NCBI GenBank assembly: GCA_951406725.2 | Contig: OX597816.1 | Location: forward strand, 46,066,001-46,130,000 | DNA length: 64,000 nucleotides | Source of the DNA: Octopus vulgaris | Lineage: Eukaryota | Reading direction: 5' to 3' | In this document: piece after piece, positions 13,655-28,112 of the stretch | How the letters are laid out: the number at the start of each line of letters is the position of its first letter | Numbering within the stretch: position 1 is the first letter of the stretch | Notes under the pieces: generated by a model | The model's database searches: none | Told to the model about the DNA's origin: nothing | What the model saw: the letters and a program-made list of their open reading frames with translations, nothing else | Translations under genes and position numbers: made by a program

Positions 13655-14045
13655 CATCATCATCATCGTCATCGTTTAACATCTGCTTTACCTGATAGCA
13701 TGGGTTGGACGATTTGACTGAGGACTGGCGAACCAGATGGCTGCACCAGGCTCCAATCTTGATCTGGCAGAGTTTCTACAGCTGGATGCCCTTCCTAATG
13801 CCAACCACTCCGAGAGTGTAGTGGGTGCTTTTACGTGCCACCAGCATGAGGGTCAGTCAGGCAGTACTGGCAACAGCCACACTCAAATGGTGTTTTTTTA
13901 TGTATCACCTGCAGAGGAGCCAGTCCAGCAGCATTGGCAAGGACCTCGCTCGAATGTTTCTTCATGTGCCACCAGCACAAGTGCCAGTAAGGCGACGCTG
14001 GTAACGATCACACTCGAATGGTGCTTTTTACATGCCACCAGCATG
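13655..14045 (-). mobile_element. RTE 3'UTR fragment with a different internal repeat set
   Basis: (CAT)n tail, GGATGCCCTTCCTAA, three GCCACCAGCA-type units. Confidence 0.8.
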
Positions 14046-14779
14046 GAATATGTAGTAAAAAGTTTGCTTCTAGGCAGTGGTAGCAAAACTGGTGGCTATG
14101 CTTGTATTGATATTAGTGTTGACAAGCTGGTATGTATTACATTAGTGTTGAATAACTGTTAATGTTGGTCATTGACAAAATGGTATACATAATTGTTGGT
14201 GCTGACACAAATATTTAACATGCTTCCACCAGGTATTTAGGTAGCTTTAATAAAATTCACCCTATCGAAGCAATCCAAGTACCTGTTGAAAACATGTTAA
14301 ATATTTACCTACCCCACCACCACCAGTTCTATACTCATAAAATGGATTTTCTGCAATATATTGACCTATGGATTCGGGCTAGACATTGGCTTCCTCATTC
14401 TTATGATTCTTGAAGATCCTACAGGTATTATAACCATTGTATTTCATGCTCTAATTAACTTACTAAAACTGCTACTCAATCAGATACAATGATATGTGTT
14501 CCAGTTGATATGATCAATGGAAAAGCCTGCTCATGAAATTAACAAGCAAGTGGCTGAGCACTCCACAGATGCAAGTACTCACACCAAGTGTGAGAAGGCT
14601 GGCATCTTTGAATTACAGATGCAGCTAATTTTTGCCAGCTGAAATAAAGTGTCTTGCTCAAGGAATCAAATTCATGCCACCAAGAATAAATCTCAAAACC
14701 TTATGATTGTGAACCAAGTACTTTAACCGCTAAGATACACACCTTCACAACTTATGATGTGTGTGTATATATATATATT

Positions 14780-15082
14780 GTTTGTTCCTTCTCAAGCCAC
14801 ACCTGGCTCATTAGGGCTGGTTTCCCGGTTTCCTTGGTGTATAGGTTTCCCACCTGGATAGGACACCAGATCGTTGCAGGTGAGCTGCAAATTGCAGGAG
14901 GAAAGAGTGAGAGAAAGTTGTGGTGAAAGAGACAGCAGAAGTTCACCATTACCTTCTGCCAGAGCCGTGTGGAGCTTAGGTGTTTCGCTCATAAACACAC
15001 ACATTGCCTGGTCTGAGATCCGAACCCATGATCCCTCTACCGTGAGTCTTTGCTGCTCTAACCACTAGGCCATGTGCCTCCA
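14780..15082 (-). mobile_element. SINE family 3 (tRNA head; GATGGACTGGCGTCCCGTCCAG-like domain)
   Basis: Similar to 17029-17335 in reverse orientation. Confidence 0.8.
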
Positions 15083-15526
15083 CACACACACACACATATA
15101 TACACACACACACCACATTTTCCAGCATATAAAACATAATTTTAACATTTTTAAAGATACCCAAGGTGATAAGCTGCCAAAATTATTAGCATGCCAGGCA
15201 AAATACTCAGCAGCATTTTATCTGTCTTTATGTTCTGAGTTCAAATGCTGCCAAGGTCAACTATGCCTTTCACCCTTTTGGGGTTGATAAAATGAGTACC
15301 AGTTGAGTACTGGAGTTGATGTAATCAACTTAATCCCTACCCCAAAATTGTTAGTCAGTGCTAAAATTTGAAACTAATATTTTTAAAGGTACCTCAAGAT
15401 GACTCTGTATCTGATGCAGTCATATTACAGATGGGAGACCATGTGTTGCAGGCTAGGGAACTAGATAAGCAAAGAGTAATAATTATCACTGATACACAAA
15501 TATTGTAAACAAGCCAAAATATCGCA

Positions 15527-15915
15527 GAGGAGTGGCTGTGTGGTAAGTAGCTTGCTTACCAACCACATGGTTCCGGGTTCAGTCCCACTGCGTGGTACCT
15601 TGTGAAAGTGTCTTCTACTATAGCCTCAACCGACCAAAGCCTTGTGAGTGGATTTGGTAGATGGAAAGTGAAAGAAGCCCGTCGTATATATGTATATATA
15701 TATATATATATATATGTTTGTGTGTCTGTATTTGTCCCCCAACATCGCTTGACAACCGATGCTGGCATGTTTATGTCCTTGTGACTTAGCGGTTCGGCAA
15801 AAAAGACTGATAGAATAAGTACTAGGCTTACAAAGAATAAGTCCCAGGGTCGATTTGCTCGACAAAAGGCAGTGCTCCAGCACGGCCACAGTCAAATGAC
15901 TAAAACAAGTAAAAA
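15527..15915 (+). mobile_element. SINE family 1
   Basis: Full-length copy. Confidence 0.9.
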
Positions 15916-16048
15916 AAAATGTATGAAAAACTGCTTATGTATGATGGAAGTATGTGGGGAGGTCACATCATCTCATTATACCTCCTTACCCAGCATATGT
16001 AGCCCACACATGATATGTGTTTTACATTAGTTAATGACTGTGTTACCT

Positions 16049-16500
16049 TTAACCCTTTAGCATTCAGACTGGCTGTATCCAGCCAAAATATTCTACCTGT
16101 TTTATGTTCAAACTGGCCAGATCTAGCTTCTCACACCTACCACACAATGTCATTCTAAAAATAGACAATCACATCACCAAAATCATAAAGCTATGAGATA
16201 ATGAGATAATCTCAAAGCTATGAGATTAATTCAAAACCATGTGAATAAATAAGCATTATGTTTGACAGAATAATCTGGGTTAATCCTTTAGCATTCAAAC
16301 CGGCCATAGCTGCCCAAACAGCCTACTTTTATGCTCAAAACAGCCGGAGCTGGCCTCTCACACCTATCCTACAACATCCTTCTAAAAATAAACAATCACA
16401 TCATAGAAATCTCACAGCTACATAATAATGCATGATTTATTCAAAACATGAATAAATCAGCATTACATTTGACAGATTAATCTGAATACTAAAGGGTTAA
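16049..16500. mobile_element. Tandem dimer of a piggyBac-like MITE
   Basis: TTAA-CCCTTTAGCATTCAGA ... TCTGAATACTAAAGGG-TTAA; two ~225-bp units joined at TTAA 16280-16283. The same family occurs inverted at ~24550-24757. Confidence 0.8.
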
Positions 16501-16525
16501 GAAACATTTTTGTAATTATTTAAAT

Positions 16526-16963
16526 CAGTGGTTCTTAACCATTATTTTTTTTTTGTAGCCCCACCACTCCTTTTAAATAGTTGATATGTCTTGCACCCAC
16601 CTAAGTGGTGAGTGGGGTATCATGACTAAACTAACTAAACACAGATGATAATTTGTAAATTTTACTCTAAAAATGGATTGTATATGCTTTTAACAGTGAA
16701 ATGATAAAAAATTAATAAAGACAAGAGTTGTAAATTTACTTCATTAAATTGCAAGTTAATGACTTCCTTGTGCCTAATGAAGTATCATTTTATCTTAATA
16801 ACCATTACTAGTTTTATCATGTGTAATATAATTACTACTTTAGGTAAGATTTAGAATGTTATGTTACCACACCCTACTCCTCTCCACCCACTAAAGCCTA
16901 ATGTCTCCTTTGTCATGGCCAGTGCCCCCTTGGGGGTTGTACTGCGCATGTTGTGAACCTCTG
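16526..16963. mobile_element. hAT (Charlie-like) non-autonomous element
   Basis: TIRs CAGTGGTTCTTAAC / GTTGTGAACCTCTG; 8-bp TSD ATTTAAAT / ATCTAAAT. Confidence 0.7.
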
Positions 16964-17028
16964 ATCTAAATAAAAAATTTTCCTAGAAAAATGAAAGGAA
17001 TATTAAACTTTCAACTACTTGTCAGTTG

Positions 17029-17335
17029 TGGAGGTGCAATGGCCCAGTGGTTAGGGCAGCGGCCTTGCGGTCAGAGGATCGCGGTTTTGATTCCCAGACC
17101 GGGCGTTGTGTGTGTTTATTGAGCGAAAACACCTAAAGCTCTATAAAGCTCTGGCAGAGGGTGATGGCGACCCCTATTGTACTCTTTCACCCCAACTTTC
17201 TCTCACTCTTTCTTCCTATTTCTTGAGTAACACTGCGATGGACTGGTGTCCCGTCCAGCTGGGGGGAACACATATGTCACAGAAACCGGGAAACTGGCCC
17301 ATGAGCTTGGCTAGGCTTGAAAAGAACACATAAAA
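17029..17335 (+). mobile_element. SINE family 3; partial copies 17790-17970 and 28642-28787
   Basis: A box TGGCCCAGTGG, B box GGTTTTGATTCC, CTGCGATGGACTGG domain, A-rich tail. Confidence 0.85.
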
Positions 17336-18629
17336 AAAAAAAATAATACTTGTCAGTTATTTGCAATGACTGGATGGCAACAAAACCATAGTGGTGGCGT
17401 ACCACCCTGGTAGCCAATACAAAGTAATACCTTTCAATAAGTGTATGATGAAACACTAAATTTTCTCAAAATATGCTTGTAAAACAGAGGTACATCTTAA
17501 ACAAGAGTTTATCTTATTTATGTGCCAGCAATTACAGTGTATGTACCCAAGATATGCTAGCAAGTTCCAGTATGGTGATGTAAATAAGAAATTTGCTTTC
17601 TAACCACATGGTTTGAAGTCAGTCTCGGTGTGTGGCACCTTGGACAAGTGTCTTCTACTTTAACCCTGAGCCCAAACAAAGCCTTGTAGTTGGAGTTGAT
17701 AGAAGGAAATTGAAAGAAGCCCATCATACATATGTATGTATGTTTATGTGTGTTGTTGTTGTTAAGCAACAAGACGGGTAAGGGTGATTAGGTGATGGTG
17801 GCAACCCCAGTTGTACTCTTTCGCCCCAACTTTCTCTCACTCTTTCTTCCTGTTTCTTGAGTAACTCTGCAATGGACTGGCATCCCATCCAGCTGGGGGG
17901 AACACATACGCCATAGAAACCGGGAAACCGGGCCCATGAGCCTGGCTAGGCTTGAAAAGGCTGCATAAATAAAATAAACATGAAAAAGATACAGGCTCTG
18001 AACTGCAGAAATGTAACTTGTTCTGAAGAGCTCACTGGATTATAGCATCTGTTTGAATTCTAAAAGTGAAACACTTGGCAACTGCCTCTACACTCCAAAG
18101 TACATTCTCAGATTTTTGCCTCCAGCTGCTTAAAATCAACAAAAAACTCTATGAACTTTTATTCTTTATGCTAGTCACTATTATTTTTATAAATTTGAAT
18201 GAATTCTATTAATGTTATCAATTTATATATAATTATGTTTATGTATACGTGAACATGTGAGTCTGTGGGTATTTGCATGTGTGTGTGTGTGTGTGTGCTT
18301 ATACATATGCATAAGTGTGTATTTACAACTATGAACATGGATATATGTTTTTATATCTTCATGTTTTTCTGTGTTCACAATTTTTAAATATAATTTTATG
18401 CATTATTACAAAATTCTCCACCCACATATTTTCTTACATTTATAAACAAACTTCATACATTTCTTAATTTATCGTCCCTGTTTTTATATAATTGGTTATA
18501 TGTGGTATATATGTGCTTTCCAACCACATGGCTCCAGATTCAGTCTCACTGCTTGACACCTTGGGCAAGTGTCATCTACTAAATTTCTGGGCCTTGTGAG
18601 TGGATGTGAAACAGAAACTAAAAGAAGCC

Positions 18630-18666
<37 letters not shown>

Positions 18667-18668
<2 letters not shown>

Positions 18669-19240
18669 GGGAGAGTTTACGAAAAAAACAAAAGACAAAG
18701 ACAGGTGGTGTACAAAACAAACAGATGTATTAATATAACGTTCAGGAATAGAAAAAGTCTTTTACGTTTCGAGCCTACGCTCTTTTACAGAAAGGGACAC
18801 AGAAAAAACAAGGAGAGAAATAAATGTGTGGAGTGGCTAATGATCTATCATGGTGTCTGACTCGGACAGAAGGGTCATACACGAGAAGGAAAGTAGGGGA
18901 GATAACAAAGTAAAGATGACCCCCAACACGAAGGTGTGTGTGTGTAAGAGAGTATGTATGTGCGTGTGAAAGAGGGCTGGTGGTCTGGACGTGTGCATGT
19001 ATGTATGTGTAGGTGTGAAAATGTGGGGATGGGTGTGTGGGTGGTGTGTTGTGATGTAATGTGTAATGTTGTATGGTGTAGTGTGGTGTGGTGTGGTGTG
19101 ATGTTGTTGGGAGGTGGGGGAGGCGAGAGTGGGGAAGGCACGGGTGGGGTGTGGGTTCGGCTGGGGTTGGGGTAGAGTTGGGGTTTGTGGGTAGGCAGAG
19201 GGTGGGGATAGAGGTGGGGTATGTGAGAGAGGGTGTGGGA
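18667..19240 (-). mobile_element. Penelope-like pLTR-type repeat, family P1, with hammerhead-like motif at 18759-18794
   Basis: Similar to 30914-31260 and 56990-57182; minus strand cttt CTGTAAA a gagc-gtag-gctc GAAAC GTA aaag; abuts (TA)n. Confidence 0.65.
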
Positions 19241-19662
19241 TATATATATATATATATGATGATGATGATGATATATATATATATATACACATGTGTATAT
19301 GTATACATGTGTGAGTTTGTGCAAATCAGATAATTTCATACCCTTGGCTTACCAAGAAACTCTGAGTACTATATGTGAGTGTTCCATGTCTATATAATAC
19401 ATTAATATATTAAATATGTATATATATGTATGTACATGTGCACATGCTTTTTAACCTTTTGTACACAACATGAAACACATTTTGTATCATGTGTTTGAGC
19501 CCTTGTGGCCAATAAAGGATTCTCTTTTTTTCCCATTCATCCCTATTGACTGTAAATCCCCACACATTTTATAACCTGACCTTGTAATGTCCCTTTGTCC
19601 ATTGCCCATGTGGCAATAATGAAAAGAAATTATTATTATTGCTGTTGTTGTTGTTGTTGTTG

Positions 19663-19714
<52 letters not shown>

Positions 19715-20120
19715 CATTATAGTTGTTGTTGTTGTTATCATAGCGTTTTGTTTTTTCCCACAGAACTTTGGATATTAAAAACTATAACTCAAGGCAATTT
19801 TGATAGACAGCCCGTTAATAAATAGCTGGTGATGTCTTCAGTGTAAGGAAAACATATATACATCGTTATATTTATGTGTGCACATGAATACATACATGCA
19901 CACAGAAATATATACACATATACTCACATTTAATGCACATACTCTTATATGATATGTAAGTATGTTTGTGTGTGTGTGTGTGTGTGAGGATATACAGACA
20001 CACACACACGTATATATATATATGTACATATATATATAAAAGTAAATATATATACATACATACATACATATATATAAGTAAATATATATATACATACATA
20101 CATAAATATATATGTATATA

Positions 20121-20161
<41 letters not shown>

Positions 20162-20163
20162 TA

Positions 20164-20222
<59 letters not shown>

Positions 20223-20291
20223 CGTACATATATATATTGGTAAATATATATATATACACACACATATATATATACATACACACACACACAT

Positions 20292-20329
<38 letters not shown>

Positions 20330-21274
20330 TGCATGTGTGTGTGTAAGAAGTGTACAAAAGCCAGAAGTAAAGAGGGAAAGTAAAGAGAGACAAGAGAAAA
20401 ACTTGAGTGAAAAAATGTAGGTGTATATATGTGAAGATATAAAAGATAGGAGAAAAGAAGAGATAGACAGATAGATAGATAGAGAGAGAGAGAGATAATA
20501 ACCGAGATAGATAGAGTATTAGTGGAAGAGAGAAAAAGAACAAGAGAGATAGTCATAGAGTAAATGATATAGAGTGAATAAGTCAGAAAAAATATATTAT
20601 GTTTATGTGTGAGATAGAAAATGGAAGAACGAGGCTGACAGAAATAGAGAGAGGGAGAGAAAAAAGGTTCTATAAAGACATAGAGAGAATGAGAGAGGGA
20701 TGGGGGAGAAAGAGAGGGAAAGAGGCAAGGTATGATTAACACAAATAACTACAACAGCAACAACACATTTAAAAGGAGAGACTGAGGATATGTGGACATT
20801 TATAAATCAAACTTATTTGGTCCCAAGGTATCAAAGAATCATAAATCAGAAAAGCTTGCATGTCAGAAAATTGATCACCGCCGTTAAGAATTCAATTCTT
20901 CCAATATTTGTTGAAGCAGATAAAGCAAATGCATACTCACTCACACACACACACACACACGTGCATATATACACATATGCTTGCATCCATATATGTGTGT
21001 GCATGTGTGTCTGTATTTACATGTATATATTTTTATATGCACACACATTCCTACATACGTAAATATATGTACATGCATGAATATGTATATATACATAAAT
21101 ATATATATAGGTGTGTGTGTGTGTATCTATACACACATAAATATATGTATATATATATATATATATAAATATTAACACACAAATATATGTATGTACACAT
21201 ACACATATATACATATATGTATATATATATATATATATACATATAATCATACATACATACATATATATATATGT

Positions 21275-21882
21275 GCAGGTGGCACGTAAAAAGCACCCAC
21301 TACACTCACGGAGTGGTTGGCGTTAGGAAGGGCATCCAGCTGTAGAAACTTTGCCAGATAAAACCGGAGCCTGGTGCAGCCTTCTGGCTTCCCAGATCAC
21401 CGGTCGAACCGTCCAACCCATGCTAGCATGGAGAACGGACGTTAAACGATGATGATGATGATATATATATATATATATATATACGTATGTGCTCGTGCCA
21501 CATAAATAGCACGCAGTACGTTCTGTAGAGAAGTTGGCATTAAAAAGGGCATCCAGTCATAAAAACCATGCCAGAACAGACAATGGAGCCTGGGGCAGCC
21601 TCCTGGCCTTCTCAGCACCGGTCAGACTATCCAACCTATGCCAGCATGGAAAAACAGACATTAAATGAGGATGACGATGATATATATATATATATAATCA
21701 TCATCGTTTAACATCCTTTTTCCATGCTAGCATGGGTTGGATGGTTCGACCGGGGTCTGGGAAGCCAGAAGGCTGCCCCAGGCTCCAGTCTGATCTGGCA
21801 GTGTTTCTACAGCTGGATGCCCTTCCTAACGCCAACCACTCCGTGAGTGTAGTGGGTGCATTTTACATGCCACTGGCACGGG
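21275..21882. mobile_element. Three RTE 3'-end fragments (21275-21460 +, 21495-21680 +, 21698-21882 -)
   Basis: Each has the conserved RTE terminal ~180 bp with a (GAT)n-type tail running into (TA)n. Confidence 0.85.
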
Positions 21883-21911
21883 TACCACATATTCTATCAT
21901 TCTTTTATTAT

Positions 21912-22092
21912 TTTACTTGTTTCAGTCATATGACTGTGGCCATGCAGGAGCACCACCTGTAGTCAAACAAATTGATTCCAGGACTTATTCTTTGTAAGCC
22001 CTAGTACTTATTGTCTCGGTCTCTTTTTCCAAACCGCTAAATTACAGGGATGTAAACACACCAACATCAGTTGTCAAGCAATGGTAGAGGGA

Positions 22093-22179
<87 letters not shown>

Positions 22180-22575
22180 ACACACACACACACACACATA
22201 CACATATATCTAACAGGCTTATTTTAATTTCTATTTCTTTATTACCCACAAGGGGCTAAACACAGAGGGGACAAACAAGGACAGACATAGGTATTAAGTT
22301 GATTACATCGACCCCAGTGCGTAACTGGTACTTAATTTATCGACCCTGAAAGGATGAAAGGCAAAGTCGACCTCGGCGGAATTTGAACTCACAACGTAAC
22401 GCAGACGAAATACCGCTAAGCATTTCGCCCGGCGTGCTAACGTCAACCAAATCCACTCACAAGGCTTTGGTTGGCCCGAGGTTATATTAGAAGACACTTA
22501 CCTAAGGAACCACGCAGGGCTGAACTCGGAACCATGTGGGTGGGAAGCAAGCTTCTTACAATGCATCCATGCATG
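21912..22575 (-). mobile_element. SINE family 1 interrupted by a family 2 SINE (22229-22443, -)
   Basis: Host sequence resumes at ACCAAATCCACTCACAAGG (~22446); internal (CA)n expanded to about 115 bp. Confidence 0.85.
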
Positions 22576-23289
22576 ATATATATATATATATATATTTTTA
22601 TATATATATATATATACATACATATACATAAACACACACACACACACACACACACAATCACACAGAAATATGCATATACACTCATACTCACACAAACACA
22701 AACACACACACATATACACACGTATATAGAAACAGTAGGCCAGAATGGTTGAGAGTTCACTTTGCATCCCGCAAAGTCTCAGGTTTGATTCCACCATGTG
22801 ACATTTCATACAAACATCATTTCCCATTGCCTCGGGTCTAAACCCCTACTTTGTGGATGAAACTGCGTAGACAAAAAACTGCAAAGATGCTCGCTGAATG
22901 GATTGTACTTGCATTTGAAAATGTACAGCTTTGTCTGTCACACAGTGTGTCATGCTGATTCAGCTTGAAAATTATATTAAGGCTACACTTACACCTTTAT
23001 TCAGCAGCGGATTATTCGCTTGGTTGAACAACATAGTCTTCATCATCAATGCCAGTTTCAGAAACCACTATCGTTTATATGTGAGTGTAGTGTAAGTGTG
23101 TATGTGTGCATGTGCGTGTACGTGCATACATATGTATATAATATATATATGATGTATGTTCTGTTATTGTATAAATATATATATACATGTATATGAGTGT
23201 GTATGTATGCATGTATGTATATAGATATATATTGTTGTTGTTGTTGTTGTTATTACTATTATCATGTTAAATGTTTTGTAGTTTATAAT

Positions 23290-23444
23290 ACTATATCTAT
23301 AAATGCATACATATATATATATAAATAAGTATGTGTGTGTGTATATACATATATAATATATATATATATATATACATATATATCTATATATATAAATATG
23401 TATATATAAATATATATATATATATAAATGCATACATATATATG

Positions 23445-23512
<68 letters not shown>

Positions 23513-23885
23513 GCATACATATATATATATATAAATGCATACATATATATATATATATATATAAATGCATACATATATAAATATGTCTGTGTGCATGTGT
23601 GTGTATATATAAATATATATATGTATGTATGTATGCATGTATGTATGCATGTATGTATGTATGTATGTATGTATGTATGTATGCATGTATGCATGCATGT
23701 ATGTATGTATGTATGTATGTATGTATGTATGTATGTATGCATGTATGTATGTATGTATGTATGTATGTATGTATGTATGTATGCATGCATGTATGTATGT
23801 ATGTATGTATGTATGTATGTATGTATGTATGTATGTATGTATTTATGTATGTATGTATGTATGCATGTATGTATGTATGTATGAA
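23290..23885. repeat. Large compound (TA)n/(TATG)n microsatellite
   Basis: Direct reading; (TATG)n about 23620-23883. Confidence 0.95.
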
Positions 23886-24009
23886 TTTAATATATTGACA
23901 CATGGCAGTAAAAATACATTGACAATATGAAAAATGATAAAAAAGTGGAGGAAAAAGTTTTAAAAATGACAAAGTTATGGTTTACACAAGGGAATAATAA
24001 AAACAAAAT

Positions 24010-24107
<98 letters not shown>

Positions 24108-24596
24108 TGTATATATATATGCACACATACAGACACACATTTGTGTGTTGAACAACATTATGCCAGAGGTAATAATGGCAGCAACAACAACAACAACAAC
24201 AATAATAATAATGATAATAATAAATACAATCATTTCTTTATTTGCCACATGGGTGACAAAAAAGGGGAAAAGGACAAAGACAGTTTGTAAAAACCAAGGG
24301 AGATGAGAGTAATACATTGAGCGAAAAATATAAAGAAAAAGGAAATAAAATAGAAAATTGACATGAATTGAAAAGAATAATATAAATTCTACATATACTG
24401 TGTTTCAAAAGAAGAACAGTTACCTAGGGGGAAAAAAAATCCTTAAATGCCCTTGAATATAATGATATAATAAAATGAAAATTGTGAGAGGATCCAGCCA
24501 GCCATATGTAGCTCACTTTTCTCTCTCACCTTTCACAGTTTCTTATTCACATTATTCTGTCAAATGTAAGGTTCGTTTAGTCATACAGTTTTGAAT

Positions 24597-25184
24597 TAAT
24601 CATGTGTTATCCCATAGCTTTGAGATTTCAAAAATATGATTCTATTTTCTGAACGACATTGTAGGGTGGGTGTGAGAGGCCAGATCTGGCTGGTTTGAGC
24701 ATAAAACAGGTAAAATATCTAGGCTGGATGTGGTAAGTTTAAAAGCTAAAGGATTAAATTCCCTTCACCCTTATGAAATTACAAGACTTTAAGAATTTAA
24801 GGGTGGATCTGGTCTGTCATCTTACTCTCTACTCTCACCCCTATTTCAGAAAATTTACTGATGAGTGGTATTTCCTTTTATATCCTTACATAATCATGGG
24901 TTATCTCATAGCTTTGAGATTTCAAAAATATGATTCTATTTTCCGAACGATATTGTAGGGTGGGTGTGAGAGGCCGGATCCGGCAGGTTTGAGCATAAAA
25001 CAGGTAAAATATCTAGGCTGGATGTGGTAAGTTTAAAAGCTAAAGGATTAAATTCCCTTCACCCTTATGAAATTACAAGACTTTAAGAATTTAAGGGTGG
25101 ATCTGGTCTGTCATCTTACTCTCTACTCTCACCCATATTTCAGAAAATTTACTGATGAGTGGTATTTCCTTTTATACCCTTACA
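24597..25184 (+). repeat. 294-bp tandem duplication (24597-24890, 24891-25184)
   Basis: Two near-identical units starting TAATCATG; each is part of a piggyBac-like MITE plus unique flank. Confidence 0.9.
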
Positions 25185-25697
25185 TTTTCAAGTGGTACTC
25201 ATACAATTTGATGAGGGTTTGACCTAAAAAGAGCATTTTTTATTCTGACTTGTCACATTCTTGTCCACATGAGCCCTTTTGCTAATGCCACTAAACAAAA
25301 GGAAGCTACATATCCTTTCTTGCCAGAGGAAAACAACAGGGGCGAATTGACAGTGAGTTCAGCTGGCTGTTGGGTCTGGCCAATATGCAACAACAGACAT
25401 TTGATATAAAAACTATGATAATAATAATTTTTCTAATTCTAATTTTGGCACAAAGCCAACAACTTTTGAAGGGAGGGTAAATTAATAATACTGGCTCCCA
25501 GTGGTCAACTGGTACTTATTTTATCAAACTCTGAAATGATGAAAGGCAAAGTCAACCTTGGTGGAATTTGAACTCAGAATGTAAAGCATCAGAAATTTAT
25601 GATTATAATAATCTTTTCTACTTTAGGTACAAGCCCTAAATGTTTGGGGGTAAGGGCTAATTGATTACATCAATTCCAGTGTGTAACTGGTATTTAT

Positions 25698-25929
25698 AGG
25701 CGGCGAGCTGGTAGAAACGTTAGCACACTGGGCGAAATGCTTTGCGGTATTTCGTCTGCCACTACGTTCTGGGTTAAAATTCCGCCGAGGTCGACTTTGC
25801 CTTTCATCCTTTCGGGGTCGATTAAATAAGTACCAGTTACGCACTGGGGTCGATGTAATCGACTTAATCCGTTTGTCTGTCCTTGTTTGTCCCTTCTGTG
25901 TTTAGCCCCTTGTGGGTAGTAAAGAAATA
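25698..25929 (+). mobile_element. Young SINE family 2 (Nin-like domain) nested in an older antisense family 2 copy (~25610-26060)
   Basis: AGGCGGCGAGCTGG head, GCCTTTCATCCTTTCGGGGTCGAT domain, 9-bp TSD GGTATTTAT (25689-25697 / 25930-25938). Older copies at ~9660, 15165, 25430, 26085, 49180, 49445, 51945 and 56560. Confidence 0.85.
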
Positions 25930-26532
25930 GGTATTTATTTCATCAACCCCGAAAGGATCAAAGACAAAGTTAACCTTGGTGAAATTTGAACTCACAACGT
26001 AAGGACAGATGAAATGTTGCTAAGCCTGGTGTGCTAACGAATCTGCCGGCTCACGGCCTTAATTATGATTACAATAATGATTATTTCTTACCAAGGCACA
26101 AACCACAAATTTTAGGACTTTTAGGACAGAGAACAGTTGATCATATTGACTCTGATGCTGGATTTGTATTTTATTTTATTGATCCTGAAAGTATGAAGGG
26201 CTAAATTGACATCTAATTAATTTGAATCCAGAATGTAAAGAAACAGAACTAATACCGCAGGGCATTCTCTTTGAACACCCTCCCACATCTGCAACTGACC
26301 CTCCCTCTCACCATCTTTATTTCTCACTTAGTATATCCACTCCTACATAACTGTGAGGTCAGTCTCTGTCATTGGGCATCCCTCTCTGACCCTTCCACAT
26401 TTCACAACATCTCCCTGTTTCTGATCTAGAAGTGCGACCAGGTTCTAGAATCAGAGGAGCAAACACATAAAAAGAAAGGCAACATGACACACACCAAACA
26501 ATTTTTAACTCATTTCTCTTATATTCTCTTCC

Positions 26533-26752
26533 TCTTTTATTTGTTTCAGTCATTTGACTGCGGCCATGCTGGAACACCGCCTTTTAGTCGAGCAAATCGA
26601 TCCCCAGGACTTATTCTTTGGAAGCCTAGTACTTATTCTATTGGTCTCTTTTGCCAAACCACTAAGTTACAGGGATGTAAACACACCAGCATCAGTTGTC
26701 AAGCAATGTTGGGGGGACAAACACAGACATACAAACATATACACACACATAC

Positions 26753-26805
<53 letters not shown>

Positions 26806-26981
26806 TACACATATATACGATGGTCTTCTTTCAGTTTCCATCTACCAAATCCACTCACAAGGCTTTGGTTGGCCCGAGGCTATAGTAGAAGACACTTGCC
26901 CAAGGTACCACATCATGGAAATGAACCTGGAACCAGGTGGTTGATAAGCAAGCTACTTACCACACAGCCACTCCTGCGCCT
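26533..26981 (-). mobile_element. SINE family 1
   Basis: Full-length copy. Confidence 0.9.
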
Positions 26982-27902
26982 ATGTTATGCAAAATATTTA
27001 ATTAGTTACAATATACATAATTGCATTCTACATTCATTAATTTCATGTTTCAGTAACAATATCATTAAGTTTGACACTTACAAGTACTGATACAGGTAAC
27101 TAAAGAGCTGAAGAAAATTGCTGAAAAAGCACCAATTTTGAAAAATATGCTTGCGGGAGCAGTCATTCCCCTTGTTCCCCTAATAGGTATGCCTGCTCTC
27201 ATTTATACAGTTTTATTATACTTCTGCTCTGTAGTCTCTATTGTTTGTATTGCCACATATCACCTCCTCCTCCTTGACCCACTCCTATTTCCTCCCCTCC
27301 AAACTGATATTCTGTGTTCACCATTCACTGCATTCACTTTTATCCCGATCTCTAACTATCTGTCATTCTCCTTTTCCACTTTCATTAACTTTCCCACCCA
27401 TCCTTGTCCCTATTCTCTCTCATTGTATCTTGAGGATATACTCTGATACTTCATCACTACCCTCTTTTCTCTCTTTCCAGCTGGAGTAGTCATGTTTTTC
27501 CTCTGCAGCAAAACATCTGTCCCAATCCCTCTGTCATACTTCAGCCTCTTAACACCTAACAAAAAACCTCCTTCCTCAATGCTACACTCCACTCAGTTGA
27601 GGAGTTTTGTCTTGCAAGATGCTTGTGACTTCACTAGTTGGAGCCACAAAAAAAGCACCTTGTACACTCTGCAAAGTGGCTGGCATTAGGACGGGCATTC
27701 AGTTACAGGAACTATGCCAAAGCAAACATTGGACCTTGACACGGTCTTCTGGCTTTTTGCATCATGTGTAATCATCCAACACATGTTAGCATGAAAGACA
27801 AATGTTAAATGATGGTAGTGGCATTCAATGTGACCGCGTGTGTATCGTTGGCGATTTTTTTTCCCTCTGTCTTCCCTTCCTTGGATCTTTCCTTTTCCTA
27901 TG

Positions 27903-27935
27903 TTTCTGACGAAGAGCTCTGCTCAAAACGTTAAA
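27903..27935 (+). ncRNA. Minimal hammerhead motif with one core change, in pLTR-like island 27835-28040
   Basis: ttt CTGACGA a gagc-tct-gctc AAAAC GTT aaa; G12>A lies at a probable former CpG. Confidence 0.6.
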
Positions 27936-28046
27936 TCCTCCTTCTCTCTTTCTTTTCCTGAGCGTCCAATAACACTATATTTGTTCCACGTCCTCGCGTT
28001 GTTGTGTTTTCTCTTTGTGTTTTCATGTTTAGATTAACTATATATA

Positions 28047-28112
<66 letters not shown>

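Noticed and set aside
17029-17105. tRNA gene
   Set aside because: The A and B boxes belong to a SINE head followed by SINE body; the same holds for the other SINE heads.
18775-24317. Many YI/CV/HT-rich ORFs
   Set aside because: Translations of microsatellites and low-complexity GT-rich DNA.
24858-24864. CTGATGA here, in the duplicate near 25152, and at 45128
   Set aside because: No helix II or GAAA downstream; chance heptamers.
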